Part shown: positions 52,450 through 64,000 of the stretch, piece by piece
How positions within the stretch are numbered: the stretch's first letter is position 1
Layout of the letters: each line of letters opens with the position of its first letter
Source of the DNA: Bispira polyomma
Taxonomy: Eukaryota
Assembly (NCBI GenBank): GCA_965649765.1
Contig: OZ287759.1
Coordinates: 10,912,001 to 10,976,000 of the forward strand
Length of the DNA stretch: 64,000 nucleotides
Reading direction: 5' to 3'
The notes under the pieces: model-generated
Told to the model about the DNA's origin: nothing
Database searches by the model: none
What the model saw: the letters and a program-made list of their open reading frames with translations, nothing else
Translations under genes and position numbers: made by a program

Positions 52450-55400
52450 TCAGCCCATCAAATGTCTTAACTTTGCATTCATGTCTCTTTCCTTTTGCAG
52501 CAGGTTGTTTGAGTGTTTTTTAAATGCTTCAAATTCCTGAAAAACACAAAAGAAAACAACTTTTTAATCACCAAATACATTTGTATCTTTAGCCAATTTA
52601 TAACCCTTATTGACCCCTAGGTGTTAGTGCAGCAGACTACCCCATTTAATAATTTAGAAACTTTCCCATGATTTTTGCTTCAAAATGGACTTTATAGGTC
52701 AACCACTCACAAGTTCTGACCAATGACAACCATTATGTTTTCCCGCGACCATAATTTTAGTTGTCATACAAGTGACCACTGTACTAGACCACTCTGTAAG
52801 CTTTTAATTCAATAGGCAAAACAAACACAAAAATGACCTTTCGCAACTGAAAGTTTATAAATGGCCATAATATAACTGCACATAATATGGTTTGCCATTA
52901 AAACCCCCCTCACTAAAACCCCACAGAATTGCTTTCTGGACATTATCTGCCAATGTGGCCTAGTACCTAGAACACTTGCTAAGAAACACAAGAGCACATG
53001 AGTTTGAGCCCAGCCTGGGGCTCCCACAGATACAGACAGATACACAGTGGCTGGAATGAACACTTATATTGCTGGTCTTTTCTGTCAGTGGGTCCTTTCC
53101 CGTAAAATTCAGTATATACACATTGGCTGTTTTTGTTCGTAATAATTTGATGCCCGGAGGATAATAGTTCCTCCAGTAACGTAAAATTGCAGTAAATACA
53201 GTATAAATCTAATCTAATCTAATTTTATAGTGCTTAAAGATTAGATTAATCTCTATCAAGGCGCATTTTTTTTATGGTCATATTTAAGTCTCGGAACATC
53301 CTTTTCCATTAGGTGGTCGTAACCCAGGAGATGCTGGAATGAAAATTTACCCAGGGAGGGAAAGCCCTTGCAAATCAGTCTTAAGTTTACTTCTAAAGGA
53401 TGACAAGTTAGGAGCAGCACAAATCTCTTGTGGCAGACTGTTCCATAGTTTTCGTGCATTGAAGGAAAAACTGTGATCAAAATGAGTTTTGGATTTGTGA
53501 ATTGAAGGCGAGTAAAGTGGAACCTGAGGGAAAACCTTATCAGGATTACTGCGCCTTGTCCAGGCTTGACATGTGTATCGAGACAAATATGGGCTAAAAT
53601 AACATGGGAGTCCTGTGTGTAAAAATTGTTAAAACTAATGTGGCTAATGTATTTTATATACACTGAAGTTTAGCAAAACTACCAAACAGGGAGTTGCAGT
53701 AGTCCAGCCTACTGCTGACAATAACATAAACGACCGTGGTAGCAGTACTTGTAGATAGATGCCTTATAATCCTCCAAATATCCCTAATGTTCAAAGTCCG
53801 GTAATTGGTTTAATTTTATCAAATTAAAATCACAATAACCCACCACTAAGCCAGGGATACTATGTCTCCAATCATGCTAAAATTCTGTATATCTCTTGGC
53901 TATTCCTTAAATACAATAAGAAAATTGCAATTTCATTGCCAGACATTATATTAATGTGGCTAACATCAAACATTTTGTACTTTTAAGAAGACAGGCCTAG
54001 ATATTTGGGGGTGTTTCCCCTCGTTAACATACCCTATTGACTTCTTTATAGCCCTGATCAGCTTCAGCTACTTCTGCTCTCAGCTTCCGAACCTGTAGGT
54101 TCACATTTACTGCAGCGGCTTCACGTCTGAAGAAATAGAAACATGGAACATTTTTGTCTGTTTTATAAACTCAACTATTGAAGCTGTAATATTTTATATT
54201 TTTTTTTTACCAGTCAAAGTGGACTAGGAACTAGTTTAGTTCCTACAGTTTGTTTGATAATCTAATCAACCAAACGTCTGATGTTCACATCAGAACATTT
54301 TTCACTCCCAGTACTCACCAGTACACTTTAAATAAATCTAAACGCATCTGATAAGCATCTCCGGCCAAACCGTGTCCACCTTACAATGCTATTCCACACC
54401 AGGAAATTGTCTTTTTTTATGACATCACAGATGAGACAGGTGGTACAGCTATAACATCATCACCCAAACCAGGTTGATGCAATTTAATTATGACATCATC
54501 ACCTCTTAAGGTAACGCTTGTTTGACCACAAATCTTTGAAATGTCATTGGTAAGGGAATTATTTATGTTCAGTGAGCAAGGGCAGACTGCAACAAGCTAT
54601 TCACGATCACGCATCCATACCAATGTGAAGGGTATCCAGACCAACATAGCTCCATTCACCAATATTGAAACTGTAATATAAGTGAATACCAGTGCATTAA
54701 ACACTCAAACACTTAGGCTCAACTGTTAAGCATGCGAGAGAAAAAAAGCGTACATAATGTAGAATTATGATGTAGTGTAAGGCCTAAGGACAGGTGTTTG
54801 TGTAGGAGAGGCATGTAATATCAGTGTATATCGGCGTATTAAACACTCTGGATTCCAGGGTCTCCCCTTTAGCTTAACTGTTAAGCATGTGACTATTAAT
54901 CTCAAGACTCAGAGTTTAAATCCCAACAGAAATAACTTTTTTTTGTAATATTACAAAATAATTCTGGACTTGGCCATATTGTCCCCACTGGCTAGTTCTG
55001 ACCAATGACCATGATAATACAACCCTAATTTTACTTATGAAGCCATACATCTAATGTCACGACATATTATAAAGCTGTGAATTTTAGTCATCCCTGATAT
55101 CTTGCCTCATTGCTGTCTTTCAGCAGGTTTACCAAGGATTAACAGAATCTCAGGCTCGGCTCACATACCAGAACCAATAAACGGATTGGATCTTATGCCT
55201 TTAATGTTGAAGCATCTGTGTTTTGGAACTAGTTACCAGCCAATATCAGATCCCAGAGTACCAGGTGCAACCTTAAAACTTAACTTTTCAACCCTCATTA
55301 ATTTTTCTCGTCCACTTCACCTCCACAATCACAAACTTACTTTGGAAAGGAGCGATGACTTTTGTCACTTAAAAATGTCAATGATGTTGCACTTTAGAAG

Positions 55401-58400
55401 ATGCCTGGCATCAATTATTACGTGCATTAAAAATACATATTGATTATAGCAATGTAAAAATTGCTGGATGTAAAAGGTTTGACATGCATCACACAAAGTG
55501 ACAGTAAGTTGTGCTATATATAGAATATATTGAGGAAAACAAGTGTGTGGACATGCAATAGAGGTGCTGTACATTATATGAATGTAATACAATACGGTTA
55601 TATATATAACTTAAAAACTAGACTATTAAAACTTTGTAAAAAGAACACCTCTGAATGAGAATATATGTAAACAGAGTATCAATTAGCTTAAAATGGCAGG
55701 TGACCATTAATGGTTTATCCATCGTACACTCATACTAAGCTCATACTTAAGGAATAAAAGGGGGTGTAAGGACATAATTACACCAGTAAGAGGGGAATAT
55801 AATTCATATATATTGGTTTATGCCAATAGGGTGAATGGAAGGGACATTCCAGATGTATTTTAATTCCTTTCTTCTGTGAATGGATGTGCTATCAGGAATG
55901 TTTGGATTTCCCAACCATTCTATTACACTGAATTCCATATCATTATGGGTATGTTTTTTCTGGGTAAAATGTTTGGCAACTGGGGTACTGTTGTTTTCTC
56001 TTGGTTTCTGAACACTATGTTTGTGTTCATATATTCTTGACCTAAAAGCCCTACTAGTTTCTCCAATATACTGTAATCCACATTTTCTACAATTTATGAG
56101 ATAGATAATGTTGGAGATTTCACAAGTGTAATGGTTTTTGCGTGGGATATTTACACATTTATGTGTAACTCCAGTGTGGTGGCTTATAAAAGTATTAATT
56201 TTATGGAGTAAAGGACAATAGGTACATTTGCCTAATCTGGTACAGATTTTTGGTCTGTCCTCAGATTGTTTAGTATCAAGTGGGGGATACCGTACTGTTG
56301 AGGGAGATAACAAATCTCTAAGGTTGTGCAATCTTTTAAATCCCAAGAATGGTGTTTCAGGAAATAAATGACTGAGATCTGTGGTATTTTGGATTATATT
56401 CCAATTATTTTTAATGAATTTCCTGATGTGTGGGTTTTGAGGGTGATAAGTAGTCACCATGACTGGTGGTGTGGTCTTTTTGGGGGAACTATCTTTTATG
56501 ATTAGTTCATTCTGTGTAAATTTGCTGGCTTTTTGATAGTGTTGTTTCAGGTATTTATACTGATATCCTCTATCTAGATAGTATTTTGTGAGTTTATGAG
56601 CATGCAGATGGAAGTCCTCATCCTTGGTACAAATTCTTCTTAGGCGAAGGTATTGTCCATAAGGGCCCTTTTTCATGACACTTTGTGGGTGTGCTGATGA
56701 ATGGTGTAGGTATAAGTGTGTGTCTGTTGGTTTGTTGTATAGGGTTGTATACACTTCCTTAGCACTAAATTATGCTAATTTATTCATGGATAAATTTGAA
56801 ACTAAAGCATTAAATAATTATCATCTACAACCTCTAATATGGAAAAGGTTTATAGATGACATATTCCTGATCTGGACTCATGGTGTGGATGCATTTATGC
56901 AATTCATGAAATACCTCAATAACATCCACCCCACCATTAAATTCACCCATGAGTATAGTGAGACCAACATCAATTTTCTGGACACCACTGTCAAAATTGA
57001 TGAAAATCGACAATTGTATACAACCCTATACAACAAACCAACAGACACACACTTATACCTACACCATTCATCAGCACACCCACAAAGTGTCATGAAAAAG
57101 GGCCCTTATGGACAATACCTTCGCCTAAGAAGAATTTGTACCAAGGATGAGGACTTCCATCTGCATGCTCATAAACTCACAAAATACTATCTAGATAGAG
57201 GATATCAGTATAAATACCTGAAACAACACTATCAAAAAGCCAGCAAATTTACACAGAATGAACTAATCATAAAAGATAGTTCCCCCAAAAAGACCACACC
57301 ACCAGTCATGGTGACTACTTATCACCCTCAAAACCCACACATCAGGAAATTCATTAAAAATAATTGGAATATAATCCAAAATACCACAGATCTCAGTCAT
57401 TTATTTCCTGAAACACCATTCTTGGGATTTAAAAGATTGCACAACCTAAGAGATTTGTTATCTCCCTCAACAGTACGGTATCCCCCACTTGATACTAAAC
57501 AATCTGAGGACAGACCAAAAATCTGTACCAGATTAGGCAAATGTACCTATTGTCCTTTACTCCATAAAATTAATACTTTTATAAGCCACCACACTGGAGT
57601 TACACATAAATGTGTAAATATCCCACGCAAAAACCATTACACTTGTGAAATCTCCAACATTATCTATCTCATAAATTGTAGAAAATGTGGATTACAGTAT
57701 ATTGGAGAAACTAGTAGGGCTTTTAGGTCAAGAATATATGAACACAAACATAGTGTTCAGAAACCAAGAGAAAACAACAGTACCCCAGTTGCCAAACATT
57801 TTACCCAGAAAAAACATACCCATAATGATATGGAATTCAGTGTAATAGAATGGTTGGGAAATCCAAACATTCCTGATAGCACATCCATTCACAGAAGAAA
57901 GGAATTAAAATACATCTGGAATGTCCCTTCCATTCACCCTATTGGCATAAACCAATATATATGAATTATATTCCCCTCTTACTGGTGTAATTATGTCCTT
58001 ACACCCCCTTTTATTCCTTATATTTATATTGGGGAAGTTCATATTATCAAGGAAACGTCGTATAGACGTGCCATGACGTCATACAATCAAACATGCGTCA
58101 CGACGTCAGCACTATGACGTCATAATGATTTATACAATAAATATACACAAAATACATTTTTGTTCAAATCTCACTTGGCAACCAGACTTTATCAGGCTGG
58201 AAACCAATTTAAAAACTTTTTCTTATCATTTTACCACTCAAATGCTGATCACATAAGATCAGAAAAATATTATACTTTTATAAATTATATTAGTACCGGA
58301 TAATATAATTATTTCGGATTATTATAATATAAAATAATAATTTAGAGTGTTATTATCAGGATTTTTTTAAATACAGTCCTCAGGATTTTACTTTTGATCA

Positions 58401-61400
58401 ACTAACTTGTTGACTTATCAGCTGTTACAGTGGACATTACATCGTGATATTCATGGATATTATCACCTATTAGCACCAGAGACCAAAGAATCCGTGAACA
58501 CAACTCATCTCTATCAAGATTCCTCTGTCTTTGATGATATTTGTGAGTCAAATTATTTGCACAAATATCGTGATAAATCCTGAATATCCACAGGAGTTAT
58601 CTTGTTTTGATCAGCTATTATCATCACATTATATTGATAACCATTCTTAACATGGAGGATAAAACCAGACAAGTCTACTATACTTGCCATCTTTGCCAGA
58701 AGACATTTTTGAGACATTATTATCTCAAACGACACATCCAAAACCAACACATGTTTAAGAGTCTAAACTGTGGTATTTGTGGGACCACCTATAAACAAAA
58801 GGAGGACCTCACCAAACACACGATCAGAAAGCACCCTATCCCCACCAGTGCCATACCAAACACAACTAGGATAGACACTATCAATCTTACTGAGGACCCA
58901 CCAGCAACTCTGATGGAATTACTGGACGAACTTGAGGCTGGCCCTCCTACCCAACAGCCAGACCAGTCAGTTGTACCCACCTCAAACATTTGTGTCCAAA
59001 CAGACACAACTATTTTGCCTTTGTTTCACAAAAAAGTGAACAATAGCACCAATACCAAATTGATCAAACATAGGGACAAAACTACCAGCACTGTACCAAA
59101 TACATGCACAATCGAAACCAACACAGAACCAATGTTGTGCTTTGACCCAGATGATATAACAAATCTCACTGATGGTCTGACTTTAGTCACATATAAAAAT
59201 TGTTTCAAAGCTTTTATGTCTACTAACAACAACAGTCTGATACAACCCACCACACCACAAGTAGTATTACCACCACCAATGGTAAATAAAGCAACCACCC
59301 CAGCCAACAATGAACTGGCTTCCACCACAAAAATCCAAAATGCCAAAAACAACAACAAAATAACGCCCAAGGCTCTATCAAAGCGTATACCTGAAATAAA
59401 TCTGTTCTCTGATCCAAATATAGGCCAGAGCAAGCCAAGAATAGCTTGGCCTACCAATTGTAAACAAACAGCCAAAAAAGAAGTACTAATGAAAACAAAA
59501 CACATCATTCAAAATTCGCCAAAACTGACCCCTAATAAAGTTCACACTAAGAACCACCTACTCAAACTATCCAAAAAATACTTCCCTATGGAACATCAAC
59601 AGATCAGAACCACACCTACCTATGCACATACCAGCACAACTGACTGGTCTAGCCTGGTGAATGAGGCATACTCCCCTACCAAACCAGCACTGACCACCAA
59701 CACTGTGATCATTGATGGGACCCATGACAAACCACTAAGCACCAGTTGGAGGAAGCAAGACCTACTGGTAAAAAAGGACAACTCCTTCATCATGAAAATG
59801 AGGGACCTTTATGGAGAGCTTTCACCCTAAGCTACCCATCTATACTCTTCAATAAGTAATCCTTTTTATTTGTATATATACATTTTTGTTTGGCATTTTT
59901 TGTATAAAAATTACATTAATTATTTTTATCTAATTTTAATAAAGTACAATTTGAGTTATTAAAATTATCTGATGCAGTAAATACTATGATACCATTATTT
60001 AAGTGATCATATGGATACCACAACTTTGAATATAAGTAAAGTTCCATTCATCAAATATGATCATGCCTTATTCTTAAAACTATCCATGTTTTACAGTATA
60101 CCATATAAATCACACCCAACCACCCTAAATCGGTAGGGGGCAATGGGTTTGAGTGAAATGCAAGTTGATATAAATGGTAACTCCCTAATCTAAGGTCAGA
60201 AGAAATCATCATATTTCTTATACACACCCTATAGCCATATATCCCAACAAAATGGACAACTACAACACTTTGCTGTCTATAAATAGCCCCTAAATGACAG
60301 GGGCAACAGGGGCAACCACCGGAGCAACCAGGGCTATAAAACATACCTTAGGAGAATAAGTTGTTTTAACATTTCAGCCTCTGATGAGATCTTCTACAGA
60401 ATAGATCGAAATATATATTGATAAAAGAAATATATATCAGGCTACATATATTATTTAGTCTACTTGTTCATACACAAGACATAAACCCTTATTTGCTTTA
60501 AGCTCATACTTAAGCAAACTTAGACACTGCACCAACCCTGTGCAGGCCATCAGAAGCAAGACACACATTACCGCATAGACTGTAGACCATCAGAAATGGT
60601 GTAGGCCATCAGAAATGGACATAAATAATAATAGAAGGAGGAGGTCGGTAGAGTGTGTGTACTCTGCCAATGTGCCACAGTGCCAAAAAAAGTGAAACTT
60701 TCTTTTCTTTTGAATATTGAATTTACAAAAATTGCCATTTTCTACTCTCTGTTACTGTGATGCATCATAGTTTTATGCTTTTATCACTGTGGTGCCACTT
60801 AATAATATGCTACTGGTAAATGTATCACAGAAGCCTCATAATTTACTTTCTTTATTACGTCAGCTACCTCCCACCAAGGGCAACAGTTAGTATAATAGTT
60901 TAAATTTAGTTGGTCATATCATGAAGGCCAGATTCAATAGTGATACAAACTTAGTGCTGAAGCCACTGAAAACCAACGACCCTACGGCAAGGACCTGACA
61001 AACTTGGTCACATGAAGAAAAGAAGGGGAGCCGAACCCACATTAGTGAGAGGCCAGTAACACATCTAAAACCACAATACCACAGCAGTCCCTGACACCAT
61101 ATATAAGAAGGGGTTACATTTTAGCCCAAAAGTCCTAGCATAGGAAACATTGTGTATGTTTGAAAACCTTCTGTCTGTTGTGATATCATAATGCAAGTTT
61201 GAAACAAGTACATATAGTAGTTACAATAAGGTATTACCCTCAAAATCAGGTTTAAAAAGATGCAAAAATCAAGTTTTATGGACCAGAATATAGTTTACGG
61301 TTGATATTTATATTAGCCACACTTTTTATAAAATATTTTGTATATTTTCAAATATTATGTAAAAGTGACACTAAACACGTCAGAAATTCCTGTAACTACA

Positions 61401-61616
61401 GTTCTTTTCTAATCCATAGTCATGGGTACTGTGTGATATGAAAAATGTATACAACGGTTGATATTTCATTGTAGTGGAGTGGGATACGTATAGCGTAGTA
61501 TGAAATACAATAATTCTCGTTTAGCATACATACTCATACTTATCCTCCATGTCTTTCACTGCTTTTTCCATCTGCTGTATTCTGGTCTCCAGCTTCTTGT
61601 TTTCTGTCTGCTTTTC
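52450..61616 (-). CDS. CCDC89: Coiled-coil protein, last three exons (61534-61616, 54033-54126, 52450-52536); upstream exons not identified, likely beyond the window
   Basis: Spliced translation EKQTENKKLETRIQQMEKAVKDMEDKYE|REAAAVNVNLQVRKLRAEVAEADQGYKEVNR|EFEAFKKHSNNLLQKERDMNAKLRHLMG*, with consistent GT-AG phases. It resembles the CCDC89 C-terminus as I recall it (EAVAVDSNLRVREL...[24 protein letters not shown]). Confidence 0.75.
53206..53790 (-). mobile_element. L2/CR1 LINE 3' fragment with (ATTAG)n tail
   Basis: SSRLDYCNSL, HSFSFNARKLWNSLP..SFRSKLKT; ctaatctaatcta tail. Confidence 0.8.
55748..56753 (-). repeat. Inverted duplicate (~1006 bp) of PLE segment 57015-58020
   Basis: Minus-strand ORF 55804-56754 reproduces the same protein sequence. 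Ends verified by eye. Confidence 0.95.
56754..57964 (+). CDS. PLE reverse transcriptase C-terminal part, Cys-rich linker and GIY-YIG endonuclease (5'-truncated)
   Basis: NYANLFM, WKRFIDDIF, IKFT, NFLD, YNKPTD..YLH..SAHP, CTRLGKCTYC, NIIYLINCRKCGLQYIGETSR.FRSRIYEH, VAKHF, GIN. Confidence 0.93.
58652..59830 (+). CDS. Intact 392-aa ORF with two N-terminal C2H2 zinc fingers and a long T/P/N/K-rich tail, inside the PLE
   Basis: ATG at 58652 (AACATGG). CHLC-x12-HIQNQH and CGIC-x12-HTIRKH. No stops over 1.2 kb of AT-rich DNA. AATAAA at 59938. Confidence 0.75.
   Translation: MEDKTRQVYYTCHLCQKTFLRHYYLKRHIQNQHMFKSLNCGICGTTYKQKEDLTKHTIRKHPIPTSAIPNTTRIDTINLTEDPPATLMELLDELEAGPPTQQPDQSVVPTSNICVQTDTTILPLFHKKVNNSTNTKLIKHRDKTTSTVPNTCTIETNTEPMLCFDPDDITNLTDGLTLVTYKNCFKAFMSTNNNSLIQPTTPQVVLPPPMVNKATTPANNELASTTKIQNAKNNNKITPKALSKRIPEINLFSDPNIGQSKPRIAWPTNCKQTAKKEVLMKTKHIIQNSPKLTPNKVHTKNHLLKLSKKYFPMEHQQIRTTPTYAHTSTTDWSSLVNEAYSPTKPALTTNTVIIDGTHDKPLSTSWRKQDLLVKKDNSFIMKMRDLYGELSP
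60376..60443 (+). ncRNA. Type I hammerhead ribozyme
   Basis: Stem I AGCCT/AGGCT; core CTGATGA; stem II GATCT..AGATC; GAAA; stem III TATATA/TATATA; cleavage triplet AUC ending at 60438. Confidence 0.9.
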
Positions 61617-61761
61617 CTGTACAACATTTATTAAGTAGCCACAACCCATTCAACACACATTGCAAAAGATGGTGCGACATACCAATAATGTAGCATTCAC
61701 ACTTTCATGATCCAATTTCAAGAACTCATGTCATCTGGAGTAGAGGTCTTATTAAACATCT

Positions 61762-62006
61762 GGGCCCGTATTCTCGAACGTAAACTCAGCTTAAACTCAT
61801 ACTCAACTCAAATATAGACCATGTGGAAATCATTATACATGGAAATAACCTATACTTGTGACCATTCATTTTAATAGAGCTTTTAACCCTGAATTCAAAT
61901 ATCAAGTCAGATTTTAGATATATTTACCGTATTTTGAGATATAGAGATTCCAGATTTGAGCTGAGTATGAGTTTAGGCTGAGTATACGTTAGAGAATACC
62001 AGCCCA
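61762..62006. mobile_element. Palindromic MITE family copy
   Basis: GGGCCCGTATTCTCGAACGTAAACTCAGC ... GCTGAGTATACGTTAGAGAATACCAGCCC. Confidence 0.75.
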
Positions 62007-62919
62007 GGTCATAAACTGGGCATAAACTGGAGAGATTGGTAAGAACCGGTGTCAGAGCCAGAAGTTTTTGACATGTTTAGAACTTATGCAGGTGGTCAGC
62101 TCTGAAGAACTAAAGAGAATTGGATGATCGGAGCATAATCTACGTATAATCTTATCAAAACTTATGTGATCTGGACAGGACGGATGTAACCCGGAGCAAA
62201 CGTTGCATAAACATGTAATGATCTTCTTAGATCTGGGCATAAATCGGTCATATTATTGTGAGGTCAGGTAAAAACGGGGCATATCCTGGGCATGATCTGG
62301 TTAATGATATGCAAATGAGCATTTTCACCCATTCTCTCCCAATCAGTCGAGTTCTAATGACCTGAGGTGATCTGGTATATACAGGGCCAAGACCTTGATA
62401 GTGTGATCGCTACATAACAGGATTTGATATATATATACACTCATGCATATCCTCACATTAAAGACACCCATGAGATAACTTGTTCATCAGAAAAACAAGA
62501 TAAAACATTGCGAAATGATTTAGAGTAGAACCTCCTTCATCTGAACTTCTATTATCCGAATATTTCTATAGCATGAACCCAGTTAAAAATTGGCTTTCCT
62601 AAATTTGTTACTGTTATTGCTTTTTACGAATATAATATACCTCTTTTCTTTTATAAGTTTTATTAACTGTTTGTTATCTGAAAGTATTCAGAGAGTAGAG
62701 ATTCGGCTGGAATGCAGTTTGCCGGTACCAATACAACGTCTAGCTAACGCCACTTTAAAAGTTTAAGAAGGTGTTTTGCTCAACCATCATATAACCTATA
62801 CCATTGTAACTGTCATATACTTCTATCTTCTATTATTGCTTAATATTATCTTATTTGTGTAAAATTTACTTTCAAAAACGTCAATTTTAATCTATACATT
62901 CTTTCCGCCATTTCGAAAA

Positions 62920-63142
62920 TTTTGAATTTGAATTGGGATATTTAAAGTCCACTCTGGTACCTGTTTAGGTTATATTGGGACGGGTAGTTGGAAACGCTGG
63001 AGGAAACACTGCATACACTTGATCAAGGTTCTGCACTGAAACCAGCGGCCCACAGTAAGGAACTACCACCTTTCCCACATAGGCATTGACGGTAGTCGAA
63101 CTCACGCCGCCCAGGGGTGAGAGACCAGTGATTGTGAAGCGA
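62920..63142 (-). mobile_element. Young tRNA-derived SINE, 5'-truncated, with TSD
   Basis: Reverse complement of the family body. TSD CGCCATTTCGAAAA at 62906-19 and 63143-56. Confidence 0.9.
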
Positions 63143-64000
63143 CGCCATTTCGAAAAATGTAAAAACAAATGTAATTGGTACCGGTAAAGTGCATTCATGC
63201 TCCAGAGGTTCTACTGTATTGACAGAATATAACATCGACATGCAACAATTAACCTACATATTTTGTTGAAACAATTTACAGCTATTTACACATCAAATCA
63301 TTGCCTATTTTAAGAATAATGTGCAACACGAATGTGTAACAAAAAACATTCTCTTGATGAAGTTTTGTTACAAAGCTTTAGAATCGGGCCAGGTACTGGT
63401 AGAATAAATCAACATCAATGAAATTTAGTGTGAGTTATGCCTAGAAACGACTAAAAAGTAGTAAAACTTCTCAAATTCAATAGTCTGGCAAATGAAAAGC
63501 TATTTTTATGATTATCAGGGAATTTGACTTGACAGTTTTACATAAAGGGGTTTGACTGTAGTCTGTTACGTGTTTCCGGTAAAAAGCATGCATTTTCAAA
63601 TTCTGGTATCTGTATTTGATCTTGTTATTCAGATTAAAAAAATGTCGATACCAAGATACCGGGACTACATGATCTAACCCTTACTTAAAGTGGCACCTAA
63701 ACTGCAGAATTCCCCTGTTTGCAGAATTCTAATTGTGCAAGTAGTTCCATATAAGTATGGAAAATAAAGTTCCTACATATATATTACTAACATTATACAG
63801 TAGACTCTCTAAAACTAGAACCTCCAATATCCCCAGAATTTGGTTCTAGTTATGGCTAACTTCCACTTTTCCTACAAAAATACAAAATTTTCTGACGTTG
63901 AGACCTGAAAAATGGTTTCACTTTTACCTCAATTCAACTTCTAATGGTTCTACTTACACAGAGTCTACTGTTCTATATAATTAAATTTAAGCGTCTGCCT

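Larger units (their letters stand above)
55752..60498 (+). mobile_element. 5'-truncated Penelope-like retroelement (Neptune-type) with a 5' inverted segment and 16-bp TSD
   Basis: TSD TAAGCTCATACTTAAG at 55736-51 and 60499-514. Contains RT C-terminus plus GIY-YIG, an extra ORF and a hammerhead. Confidence 0.92.

Noticed and set aside
56675-56753. N-terminus MTLCGCADEW.. of the 429-aa ORF
   Set aside because: It is antisense sequence from the inverted arm read through the junction, not real PLE protein.
59026-59508. Hydrophobic 160-aa minus-strand ORF
   Set aside because: Antisense shadow of the A/C-rich zinc-finger ORF.

Overview
AT-rich animal genomic DNA, probably a bivalve mollusc (inferred from the SINE types). 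From 5' to 3' it holds: a decayed multi-exon guanylate-binding protein (GBP) gene with a U12-type intron (~0.45-9 kb, +); a transposon-rich interval with a solo LTR, a Harbinger relic, MITEs and L2/CR1 fragments; a complete 11-exon mitochondrial ATP synthase beta gene (ATP5F1B, 21235-45521, +, 520 aa); and the last three exons of a CCDC89-like gene (-). Two structures stand out. (1) The ~10 kb last intron of ATP5F1B contains nine box C/D snoRNA genes of the SNORD25/U25 (snR56) type. Seven are near-identical double-guide copies whose second guide matches 28S helix 44, a site I do not associate with U25. (2) A young Penelope-like (Neptune-type) retroelement, bounded by a 16-bp TSD in a CCDC89 intron, has a 1-kb fold-back inversion, an extra intact C2H2 zinc-finger ORF and a type I hammerhead ribozyme. 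Two ATP5F1B introns also carry tandem duplicated copies of their own 3' splice site. All homology calls come from my recall of the families, not from database searches.
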